This document shows, piece after piece, positions 26,389 to 37,716 of a DNA stretch of 64,000 nucleotides. Each line of letters starts with the position of its first letter. The stretch's first letter is position 1. The DNA comes from Azolla caroliniana. Its lineage: Eukaryota; Plantae; Polypodiophyta. The DNA lies in contig JBHGNT010000001.1 of NCBI GenBank assembly GCA_043228905.1, forward strand, positions 23,312,001 through 23,376,000, given 5' to 3'. Position numbers and translations under genes: made by a program. Below the pieces are notes generated by a model. That model saw only the letters and a list, made by a program, of their open reading frames with translations, was not told the DNA's origin and searched no databases.

Positions 26389-27090
26389 TGTCGTAGTGTA
26401 TTCCACACACTACGTGAAAACCATAAAATAATATATCCGATTTTAAATACATATAAATAAATAAATAATATATCAAAATACTTATTATGTGCATAGGGCA
26501 AGATTCAAACCTTGCACCTCCACGTGGATAAACCTCAACTTTACCATTGTAATAACTTATCTTTAGTATTATACATATAGATTTAATACATATAAGACCT
26601 CTATTTACACATACCTTTATTAAAAGGTAAAAATCATGTATTCTTTAGGGTGTGAATATTTTATTTACACGTGACATTAAAAGTGACTCGTGCACATCTA
26701 GCGTGCATGAGCCCTATACTTAGGAAATGACAAAGCATCACATGCACATTTAGTGTGCATGGACACTTTAGGTGAAAAAGCATGAAGCCATGCTTAGCCT
26801 CTTCCGTCTTTATAAGGAGGAGAGAAATATGTATAAGGTTGTTGATTAATATACAAGGATTGATCAATCTAATATATTCGTGGGATTCACGAATTTTGCC
26901 ATCTAAATTACTCTTATAATCTAAATATTGTTTTAAATACACTAAACTCATGGGATTCACGAGATTGCTATCTTACTTCTCTTTCTACTATTCATAACTA
27001 GCCTTAAGTTGTATTCCTCTTCCTCCTAGTCCAAAACCTCGGCGGTTCCCACCCGACTCACGCAACGATCTGGAGCCGAAAGGCGCGACA
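26389..27090 (+). repeat. gypsy 5' LTR
   Basis: Direct repeat of 32750-33451. Confidence 0.97.
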
Positions 27091-27129
27091 CAGTTGGTGA
27101 ACCCGATATGAAAATCGGGTGGCAAGGAG

Positions 27130-29160
27130 ATGGAAAATCAACCGGAGGCTAGCAACATGATGATGATGTTCGAGCGCATGCTATAAGAACAACGCGCGAT
27201 GTCGGAGATAGCGGCATCAGTGGAGCGGCTCGTGCAACGAAACAGGCAATTCAACGGGAAAGACGTGTCGCGGTATCTTCGAGACTACAAGGCGGAGATG
27301 CTACGGTGCGGAATATCGGAAGGACTGCAAGTGACGTCCTTCAACCGGGTGGCGACCGACGGGCTTCAAGCAAGCATCCATGGGCTACGACAACAAAATC
27401 CGACATGGGAGGCGTTTGAAGAAGAGCTAAAGAGGACGTTCGCCATCGAGGATTCCTCCAAGGCGACGCGAAGGGGATTCGAAGATTGGGTGCAGACGCC
27501 GGACAAGGGATTGAAGGTCGTTGATGTGTTTTCGGCATTCGAAAGCCGGTTCGGGAGGTTGTCCGCGAGAGATCAAGCTATCCTCGTACCGGACAAGGTG
27601 ATCATGTTCTTGCGAGCCGTGGACGTCCGGGATCGGAAAGATCTCGGAGTGCTCTTGGAGGACGCGACCACGAAGAGTGGCCTCACCGAAACATGGGAAA
27701 GCATGTGGGATATCGTCGCGCGATACACGAAGAGGGGGCAATGGCTTGCCAACGAGGAAAAGAGGGTTTCGGAACCGAGAACCGGATTGGAAGACCATCA
27801 ACCGAGGGCTCGGGAGACTACAACCGAGAAGGGGATTGATGCATCTACGGTGGAGCAACTATTGAAGGAGATGGAGAATCTGAAGATCGCGATGGTGAAG
27901 AAGTCGGATGACCGCCCCACAAGCTCCAAGTATACGGACCGACGGTGCATATGGTGCGATAGCGCCGAACACGATCGGAGGGATTGCGACGAGCATAAGG
28001 AGGCGCTACGACGGGATCTCATCTACTACGAGGGAAACCGGATTCATTCGATGAACTCTCGAAAGCCACTCCGACCGAACTTCCGGAAAGGCGGCATGAA
28101 GAAGGTGCTCGAGGAGGAATTGGCGGCAAGAATCAACTATGCGACAACCGCGGGAATATGTGTCGGGGAGTCATCGAGCGCAAAGACATCTTTTTGGCCG
28201 GAAGTTCTAGAAAACACCAAGAAAACCGACTCCAACGAGATCCGAAACACCGCGGAAGGCGTCCGGGAAGCTACGGGATGGGAGTGCCCTGTCGACAAGA
28301 ATAGAGTATACGCCCTGTGTCAATTACATGAGGTGTATGTGGACGAGAAACGACGGCGCATGGAGGATGCGGCCGGGCCATCGAAGATACCGGAAAGCTA
28401 GAACTCCGGGGGTAAGGGAAAAGAAAAGGCGACTCCGGCATTTAAGCTCGCCTCGGACATAGAACAACAAACCGACTTGAAAAGAGTGTTCGAGGAAAGA
28501 ATCTTGGATAGCCGGGTAGATTTCTTGCTTTGGGAGCTACTCGGAATAACAAAGAAGGATTTCCACGATCTTCTCGTGGATCTCGTGAAGCGAAAAAGAC
28601 AAAGTACGGAGGAAAATGCTCCAAGGGTGAATGCAAACACCGTTTTAATGAACGACACCGAAGTGGAGGACGAAATTCCGAACTCCCACTATACAAGGCC
28701 ACATTGGGCACGCGCGACTACGGAGACTTCAGTCCGAATCGGCAACATCAAAGAACCCGTGCTAGCATTGATTGATCACGGATCGGAGATCAACTTGATG
28801 TCCAAGGAGTTCTACCGGAAGGGGAAGTGGCCTATTAACACCAACCATGGATGGAAGATTCGGGCGGCCACCAAAGCAACGGAATATCTATTTGCGGCTT
28901 GTCTGGATGTGACGGTGAAGATCGGGGATGTCGAGATTGACCAAAAAAATTTCGTGCAAGATGAGGTTTCACATTCCGTCATCCTCGGCCAACCATTTAT
29001 CACGGCATCACGGATGGAGACGAAGGTGCTCGATAGCGGTGCGGCTTTTGCGCGAATTCGGAGCCAAAACGGTGGGAAATCCGTCCAATTCCTAACGGTG
29101 CCGGCAAATCACGAAAGGAACAAGAGGGAACTCTTATCCCAAGTGAGAATGGATTTTTAA
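27130..29160 (+). pseudogene. gypsy gag-protease ORF (two premature stops)
   Basis: One frame from ATG 27130, with TAA at 27184 and TAG at 28399. Zinc knuckle CIWCDSAEHDRRDC; protease ALIDHGSEINLM..VILGQPF. Confidence 0.9.
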
Positions 29161-32100
29161 AGCGGACTGTTGCGGAGTGGGGAAGTGATAGTCCGAGAAG
29201 CCCCGATACCCCACACAGGAAGAAAACTCTCGAAGCAAAACATGTACGAATCGGTCCGGATGGGGCATCTACGTACACGACCGTAACCGGAGGATTGAAG
29301 AAAGGATACCGACAAGTGGAGGATAAGTTGCAGTCGGCATCAATAATAAAAGAAGATGAAGAAATCGTGGGGATAGTCGAAGAAGTGTTCTATGGGAGCA
29401 CGCTACAACGACTTGAAGAGCTTGCGGAAGATAAAAGCCAAGGGAACCGGGTAGTCCCGGTGGAATCGGTCGAGATGTACGAGATCATTGCGAAAATGGA
29501 TCCAGATACGCTCCGCAAAGAAGAAGCAATGGTAAGTACGAAATACAAGACCGTGGAGAAGAAGGTGAAACCGGCCGCAGGACCACTACCCGCCGATAGC
29601 GAACAAAAGAGGAAAGAAGTCTCGAGAGATCCGACACTTCGGAAGTCCGTGGATATCGGACATGCCTTCATGGATGAGACCCGGAAGAAACTTCGGATCG
29701 GTGGAGAGGGGTTCCTATTACAAAAAGAAGAAGAACGGTTTCGCGAGATGTTGGAGCAACACGGCAAAGCGTTTGCATTTACATCAAGGGAGATAGGGTG
29801 CGTCGATCCGAGAATAGTGGAGCCGATGGTGATCTTCACGATTGACCATGTACCGTGGAACCTGAAGCCGATTCCGGTGCCACGAGCACATATTCCGAAA
29901 GTTATTGACTTGCTCAAGGAGAAGGTGGCGATGGGGATTCTAGAGCCATCAACTGCTCCGTACTCAAATCGATGGTTCACGGTTCCGAAGAAGAATGGGT
30001 CACTCCGATTTATCCAAGACTTGCAACCGGTAAATAAGGTCACGATCCGGAACTCGGGAGTCGGTCCGATAGTGGACGAATTTGCAGAAGCTTTTGCCAG
30101 TCGTGCCATATACTCCATCGGAGACCTATACTCGGGATATGACCAATTCCAACTAGCCGTGGAGAGTCGAGACATCACAACCATGCGAACACCGATGGGA
30201 TTAGTCCGAATGTGCACACTACCACAAGGAGCGACAAACTCGGTTGCTCATATGATGAACGCGATGAACAAGGTGCTTCGAGACTGCATTCCGGAGATAA
30301 CGATGCCGTTCCTCGATTACATTCCGATGAAAGGATGCGTGGTAGAAGAAAAAGATGAGACTATGGATGATCGGGGATGCCGAAAGTTCGTGGTCGACCA
30401 TATTCATGATTGCGAGAAAGTGTTGCGAAAGCTAGAATATGTGCACCTAACACTTTCCGGGGAGAAATCGGCATTCGGGCAAGAAGAAATATTGGTGGTC
30501 GGACATCTATGTGGGCCCTACGGCCGAAGACCGTCACCAACAAAGATCGATGCGATTCAAGCTATGGAGGAAGTATGCGAGTCAACATCTGAAGTCCGAA
30601 GGTTTCTCGGTGCATGTGCATTCTATCACATATGGATTCCGCACTATGCACATATAGCGGACCCGCTCTACCACTTGTTGCGGAAAGGTAAGAAATTCGA
30701 ATGGAAACCGGAACACACCAAAGCCATGAAGAAATTGAAGAAGACACTTCGGAGGGCGGAAGCACTTAAGAAGCCGAGCTACGACCGACCGATCATAGTA
30801 ACGGTTGATACAAGTCCAACCGGTATCGGGTGAGTCATCAATCAAGCCGACTCGGATGGTTCGCGGTATCCGATCCGATTCGGAGCAAAGGTTCTCAACG
30901 AAAGGCAACGTGGATATGCACAAGTCAAAAGAGAACTATGGGGAGTTGTGTCGGCGATAAAATCGGATCGGGATTATTTGATCGGAGCCGAAGTGGTGAT
31001 CGAGACCGATTGTCTTCCGATACTCGGGATGATGCGGTGTTGTACGATACCGGATGTAGCTATGCTAAGGTGGGTTGCATATGTCAAGTCGCTTAATCCG
31101 GAGGTTTGACACATCTCGGGGAAGGACAACGCGGTAGCGGATATGTTATCAAGGGCTCGGTTTAGAGACGACATAACCGAATCGGATAATGAAGAAGTTT
31201 CCGAAGACTACTTCGCGTCGGAGCACATATGTCAAGTGAACGTAATCCGAGAATTCCGGGAAGAAGAATACGAGGGAGAAAGCTTGATGATCGGAAAAAT
31301 GTTACAACAGGCCGAGGATTCAACAAATGATAAAGGAAGAAGAGCCGAGATCCGAAGGAAGAAGAGGCAAGTCCAAAAGTTCTTCTTGGAAAACGGATTA
31401 ATATGGAGGGCGCCGAAAAGACCAGATGGTATACCACTTCGAGTAGTCGGGACAAAAGAGCAACGAAACCGAATAATGTCTGAGTTTCACGAATCCGATT
31501 GGGTTGGACACTGAGGAACATGGGCAACATTTGTGAAGATCAAGCAAAAATATTGGTGGAAGAAAATGTACAAAGATGTCGCGAAGTTCACGGAAAGCTG
31601 CGAGAAATGTCAAGTCTACTCCGATGTTTGACATCGAGATGAGTTACATCCGACATTCTCACCGACAATCAACTTCAAGTGGATGGTCGACATAGTGGCC
31701 ATGCCGACCGGGATCGGACAAAAGAAATACTTGGTATTAGCTCGGGAAGATCTCACGAATCAAGTAGAAGGTCGAGCGCTTCAGAGGAAAACGTGTTCCG
31801 CGGTATGCCAATTTCTTTTGGAGGAAGTATTTTGCAGGTATGGGTGTGTAGGACAAGTGATTGTAGATCGGGGAGAACTCGACTCAGACAAAGCTAGGGG
31901 ATTCTTCGCCAAACACGGAGTTCGGTTAACGCTGACAATGGCATACAATCCGAAGGCCAACGGGAAAATCGAACGAGGACATAGTCCGATCGTGAAAGCA
32001 CTTGCGAAGGCATGCGATGGAAAGGTGAAGGACTGGCCGCAGATGCTTCCGTATGCACTATGGGCAGATCGGACGGCGCATAGCTCCGTAACCGGTTACA

Positions 32101-32792
32101 TGCCGGCAGAACTCATGACCGGACAAGCACCGGTAATGCCGACGGAAACCGCGATCGCAACATGGACAGTGCTACCGTGGAAGGAAGAGATGAGCCGGGA
32201 AGAACTACTAGCGGTCCGGATACGACAACTAGAGGGAAGACTGGCAGACATAGCGGAAGCAATACGCCGACAACAAGAAGCACGATTCCGGAACAAAAGC
32301 CGGTTCGACACAAAGCACCAACTACGACCGAGGAGGATTGAAGAAGGAGATTGGGTGATCGTCTATGATAGTAGTTTGGACCATCAACATACAACGATGC
32401 AGAAATTCGCGAAAAGGTGGTTCGGGCCATACGAGGTTCGGAAAGTCTTTGACAACGGAACGTACCGACTATTCGAGTTGGATGGAACAATACTACGAGT
32501 GCCTATAGCCGGGAAGCGGGTGAAGATTTTCAAGAAGCGGACCGACGACAAACCCTATGTGATCCAAGCCAAGGCCGACAACGAGGAGCAATCGGACGAA
32601 GACCACGGTGATGCGGGAACCGAAAAAAGTGAATTACAACTCATAGTCGACATAAGGGGAGAATCAGAGGAAGCTTTGGGTGAAGACGGATATGAGGAAT
32701 CGAGAACTTCGGCACATACCAGAGGATGTGCGGGTTCGGAGGGGGCGAGTGTCGTAGTGTATTCCACACACTACGTGAAAACCATAAAATAA
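29151..32792 (+). pseudogene. gypsy RT-RNaseH-integrase ORF in the -1 frame
   Basis: LRFIQDLQPVN, DLYSGYDQF, LPQGATNS, FLDYI (decayed xxDD), VTVDTSPTGIG, NAVADMLSR, integrase VDIV..IVDRGE..NGKIERGH and FGPY. Several TGA stops; the ORF ends inside the 3' LTR. Confidence 0.92.
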
Positions 32793-33451
32793 TATATCCG
32801 ATTTTAAATACATATAAATAAATAAATAATATATCAAAATACTTATCACGTGCATAGGGCAAGATTCAAACCTTACACCTCCACGTGGATAAACCTCAAC
32901 TTTACCATTGTAATAACTTATCTTTAGTGTTATACATATAGATTTAATACGTATAAGACCTCTATTTACACATACCTTTATTAAAAGGTAAAAATCACGT
33001 ATTCTTTAGGGTGTGAATATTTTATTTACACGTGACATTAAAAGTGACTCGTGCACATCTAGCGTGCATGAGCCCTATACTTAGGAAATGACAAAGCATC
33101 ACATGCACATTTAGTGTGCATGGACACTTTAGGTGAAAAAGCATGAAGCCATGCTTAGCCTCTTCCGTCTTTATAAGGAGGAGAGAAATATGTATAAGGT
33201 TGTTGATTAATATACAAGGATTGATCAATCTAATATATTCGTGGGATTCACGAATTTTGCCATCTAAATTACTCTTATAATCTAAATATTGTTTTAAATA
33301 CACTAAACTCGTGGGATTCACGAGATTGCTATCTTACTTCTCTTTCTACTATTCATAACTAGCCTTAAGTTGTATTCCTCTTCCTCCTAGTCCAAAACCT
33401 CGGCGGTTCCCACCCGACTCACGCAACGATCCGGAGCCGAAAGGCGCGACA
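32750..33451 (+). repeat. gypsy 3' LTR
   Basis: Direct repeat of 26389-27090. Confidence 0.97.
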
Positions 33452-33455
33452 ACGT

Positions 33456-35083
33456 GTTGAGAGTTATGGTGACTTAACTCTTCATGACTTGTCTATGCAT
33501 TGTAAGAATTTATATGAGTTATCTCTTACCGGAAAGATGATGTGTTATGGTTCTCTTTCACATATGTCTCCCTTCTTTACAATTGAAGATATATGCATAG
33601 GACTTAAGAAATATGAGGTGTCAAGTGAATATATGCTTGCAATTTCCCGAATATATGAGAAGGTTATATGTTGTGTGCGTATGAGAGATAGACTTTCAGA
33701 TTTTTTCAATAGCACTATTGGTGTTAAGCAAGGATGCCCATTCTCACCAACATTATTTGGTCTATGCATTGATGAATTAGAAGAAATGGTTACCAAGTTT
33801 GTAAAGGAAGAATGCGTTGAAGAAGTTGCCATTGGGAATGTTGTGATTATGCTTTTGTTATATGCATATGATGTAGTGCTTTTTGCAAATACTTCAGGAG
33901 ATGCACAAAGCTTATGAAGGCATCGGAAAAAATTTGCATGCATACTAGATTAAGTGTCAATAGCTCTAAAACAAAGATTATGCTTGTGAAGAGTCAAAAA
34001 AGAGATAAACCATGCATTATGTACAACAATGAGCCACTTGAATGTGTGGAAAGCTTCAAATATCTTGGCCTTGAAGGTCCTTCAAATCATAAATGGAATG
34101 AATGTGCTACACGCCGCTTAGAGGGGGGTAAACGAGCATATTATGCATTCGAGAACACATGCAATCTTGGAGATATTAAGTGTTGGGTCCTCAAGAAATA
34201 TCTTTTTGACACTTTGGTGACCCCGGTTCTTCTCTATGGGGTGGAAGTATGGGGCGGTAGCATCCCTAAATCTACGTGGAAAGAGTTTGAAAATGTCCAA
34301 AAACATTTTCTTACAAAGTTTCTACAAGTTAAGAAACAAACACCCTACACCCTCCTCCTACTTGAGACGGTATCGCTTCCCATTGAGATCATGGCCATGG
34401 AAAGGGTTGTTGAATACATGCTTAAGGTTCATAAAAGCCCCTCACATGGACTTCCTAGAATTGCATGGGAAGCAAGCAAAAAGATCCAAAAGACACATAA
34501 AAGCAAAATTTTGTGTTCCAGTTGGATGCAAGATTTAGAAAAATGGTTTGGTAGATGGGATGCAAGACACTTGCTTCATGATGCGTCACTAGATTCCTCT
34601 GTAAATGAGGCCTTTTTGCAACGCCAATGTATCATGACATGGGACAAATGTGGTGCCTCACACTTCACACATTATACTACAAATGTTGCACCTAACTACA
34701 AAACCATATTCCTCGTGGAATGGGGAAGCCATACACATTGATTCATGTTAGAGCCCATCCCGATATCTACCATTGGAACCATTGCTTCCATGCGACTTAG
34801 CTCGCACGCATTGAGATGTGAGACAAGGCGTTGGGGCACAAGTGATGAGAGTGGCTGACTATGCACACTTTGCCCTAAACAAGTTCGAGAGTCTGAGTAT
34901 CACACTTTGATACAATGCTCTGCCTTTGATCATATTCGACCATGCTTTCCACATCTCTTCGATTGAGCCCAATCCTTGCACGAATTTCTCTCAAAACCAC
35001 GATGTGCACTCTCGATTGCAACATTCATTGGTAAAGTTCTTGAACATCGAGAGTCGCTACTCGCCTTCACACGTATCACATGA
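33456..35083 (+). pseudogene. LINE ORF2 segment 3 (RT with internal deletion, C-terminal zinc-binding motif)
   Basis: GVKQGCPFSPTLFGL, LLYAYDVVL (YADD decayed), SKTKIM, FKYLGL, LLYGVEVWG, RLSSHALRCET, CTLC..H..C. Confidence 0.88.
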
Positions 35084-35138
35084 AATGTAATATTTTTGGT
35101 CTCATAGGTCATATTTGACCTCCGAATACGATAATATA

Positions 35139-35182
<44 letters not shown>

Positions 35183-35234
35183 GTTTGTTTGTTTGTCTGT
35201 CTGTCTTAGACCTAACGGTGGACGAAAAATTGAA

Positions 35235-35700
35235 AACACATATTTAGTCACCCTACTTCCATTGTGTTTTCTAAATGTAAAACCACTAGTTTGGCCGTAA
35301 GGCTCCACCATTTGCAATAACCCGTTTTGGTACTATTACACATTTGTAGGAATAACTTTCCAAATTGATGAGGATCTTTTTTATCACTAGAATGGTGACT
35401 ATACATTTGCATATCCTCTTGCATCATTGAGATATGTGGCATGAAAGATTGTTGTGCATAAAGTTGGAAACCTTTTTTTATAGTAATTCATGTCACCGAA
35501 GACAATAACTTTCCCTTTGGATTTTAAATAAGTAATATCATCTTCTAGATTGGCAAAAGGTTGGCCTTTATCCAAACAAGGAGGGAAGTTAGAATATCAA
35601 TGAGGAATGTAGTTTCTAACTACAAATGCGCTCATATCATTTGTATTTGTATTTTAAAGCATACATAATGTTTATGTTCATTATTTCTTACAATGTCCAA
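35235..35700 (-). mobile_element. Older inverted fragment of the same LINE family (endonuclease region)
   Basis: ORF 35248-35442 MPHISMMQEDMQMYSHHSSDKKDPHQFGKLFLQMCNST matches MQEDIQMYSRTSSDEKDPDQFGKLLLQMCNST at 25644. Confidence 0.85.
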
Positions 35701-36379
35701 TTGCTTGTCAAATTTGGAGTTACATTTCTTAGGTTTGGCAAGTTTTGTTACGTTGTGAAATCAAAGATAGAGATCATTTTCATATTTCTAAGAAATTGGG
35801 GATTACGTCATAATTGGGATAAGCGCAATGCCTTTGTATTTGGCCGTAGGCATGGAGTCACAAAAACACATTTATAGAAGCAAATGAGAGTACTAGCATT
35901 GCAAATTTATTTATTAGAACAAGTATTCCTCATATTGTCTAACGCATTCATCGTGTCCCACTACCCCCATTTATGTTGTGGTGACCACACTCAATTGTCG
36001 TACTAGTTTAGTAGTGTTTTTTTATATGTTTATTAATATAATTGTGCGTGGATGGAATAAAGGGTTATAAATATATGGGATTTTCATAAGCTTATTACTT
36101 GGTAGTTACAACTTGCATAATATGAACCATACGTACAATACATGCATTCACATTTGCAAATGTTTCAACCATTCACGTAAGAAAAACACCCTCAAAGAAT
36201 GATAAATACAATACTTTTGGATTAAATATTTATTATGAGGTGAATAAGCCTAAAAAATGGAAAAAACAAAAAAAAAACATTAAATAAATGGGGAAAAAAC
36301 AAAACAAAAAACACAATAATGTTTGAATAACATTCACATTTGTTTTCCAGCGTAGGAAAACAAATGTTATGCTAGATGA

Positions 36380-36960
36380 ACACAAATTTTACGTACTATG
36401 GTTACAAACTTACAAGTGATCAAGGTAAGTTCGTGTTCTTGATTGATGCTACAAGCTAAGGTATTCATTTGAGAGTTATGGTTTGAGCTTTACTATTTGG
36501 GGGATGCATTAAACAAAAGAAACAATGCTAGAGGAATGTGTTTCTTTTGTTCGGTGGAATTGGAACATAGCAGGCATCGATTTCTTCATGGCCAATAGTT
36601 GGAATGGTTTGGAAGTGTGTCAATTTAGTGTTAATATCTTTAACTAGAGTAAGACTATCTTCATTCATTCAATTGGGTTTTTGCACACATAGAGAAAGAG
36701 TGAACGGATGCCTCATTTCCAAATTATGTTTGAGTTCTTGAGGTATCGGGGTTTATGGTTCAGTTGAAAAATGTGGAATGCCATCACTTTTGATTCGCAA
36801 GTTGGGGTGAGAAATATATATCGTAAAGTTAAAAGGACTTCTTTCGTGGCAATTGAAAGTGCTAAGAGAAGTCACAAAATCTCAACCTTCGTGAAGAGAG
36901 AGAACTCTCCAAGGTCACATATTCATCATATTCTTCGACATTTGAATTGGTGGAGTTTGT
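36380..36960 (+). mobile_element. Decayed L1-type LINE 3' region (zf-RVT-like)
   Basis: Fragments resembling CFFC..E...H.F and LWFS*KMWNAITF (LW.IWK.RN..F). Confidence 0.4.
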
Positions 36961-37086
36961 AGTCATAACAATAGTATTTAGATCAGTAGACAAGTTTTAT
37001 ACATATGTACATTATTTGGCGTAACTTACTAGTCATGGTGGTGGGTTTTTTTCTTTCATAATGAAAGCCATTATTTATGTACATAC

Positions 37087-37090
<4 letters not shown>

Positions 37091-37138
<48 letters not shown>

Positions 37139-37713
37139 TTTCGAGAATTAAAGAGAAAGTGAAAAGAGAGAGAGAGAGGGTATTTCGAGAATTAAAGAGA
37201 AAATGAAAAGAGAGAGAGAGGGTATTTCGAGAATTAAAGAGAAAGTGAAAAGAGAGAGAGAGAGGGTATTTCGAGAATTAAAGAGAAAGTGAAAAGAGAG
37301 AGAGAGGGTATTTCGAGAATTAAAGAGAAAGTGAAAAGAGAGAGAGAGGGTATTTCGAGAATTAAAGAGAAAGTGAAAAGAGAGAGAGAGGGTATTTCGA
37401 GAATTAAAGAGAAAGTGAAAAGAGAGAGAGAGAGGGTATTTCGAGAATTAAAGAGAAAGTGAAAAGAGAGAGAGAGGGTATTTCGAGAATTAAAGAGAAA
37501 GTGAAAAGAGAGAGAGAGGGTATTTCGAGAATTAAGGAGAAAGTGAAAAGAGAGAGAGAAGGTATTTCGAGAAGAATTAAAGAGAAAGTGAAAAGAGAGA
37601 GAGAGGGTATTTCGAGAATTAAAGAGAAAGTGAAAAGAGAGAGAGAGGGTATTTCGAGAATTAAAGAGAAAGTGAAAAGAGAGAGAGAAGGTATTTCGAG
37701 AATTACAGAGAAA
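37091..37713. repeat. Minisatellite, 14 copies of ~42 bp [(GA)n GGTATTTCGAGAATTAAAGAGAAAGTGAAAA], preceded by a long (GA)n tract
   Basis: GGTATTTCGAGAA starts at 37135, 37179, 37221, 37265, 37307, 37349, 37391, 37435, 37477, 37519, 37561, 37606, 37648 and 37690. Length variation is mostly in GA count. Confidence 0.97.
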
Positions 37714-37716
37714 ATG

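Larger units (their letters stand above)
26389..33451 (+). mobile_element. Complete Ty3/gypsy LTR retrotransposon (no chromodomain seen), non-functional
   Basis: 702-bp LTRs TG..CA (26389-27090, 32750-33451; about 8 differences), 4-bp TSD ACGT (26385-26388 / 33452-33455), PBS-like TGGTGAACCCGA at 27095-27106, PPT GGAGGGGGCGAG. Domain order is gag-PR / RT-RH-INT. Confidence 0.97.
18502..35206 (+). mobile_element. Full-length LINE (ORF1 + APE-RT ORF2, RTEX-like) interrupted by nested copia and gypsy
   Basis: ORF1, then APE endonuclease, RT, C-terminal RLSSHALRCETRRW..LCTLCP..ESEYH..IQC and a (CTAT)n tail at ~35140-35182. The frame is restored when both nested elements and one TSD copy each are removed. 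The 5' boundary is uncertain; candidate TSD is 18483-18501 / 35209-35227. Confidence 0.85.

Noticed and set aside
29390-30217. 275-aa antisense ORF in gypsy and the many antisense ORFs in the copias
   Set aside because: Shadow frames of GC-rich coding sequence with no independent motif.
26661-33321. Duplicated 99-aa minus-strand ORFs (26661-26960, 33022-33321) as genes
   Set aside because: They lie within the two gypsy LTRs and show no recognisable domain.
37091-37713. CRISPR-like regular array
   Set aside because: No unique spacers, no cas genes, eukaryotic context. It is a minisatellite, and ORFs 37404-37727 and 37459-37746 are by-products.
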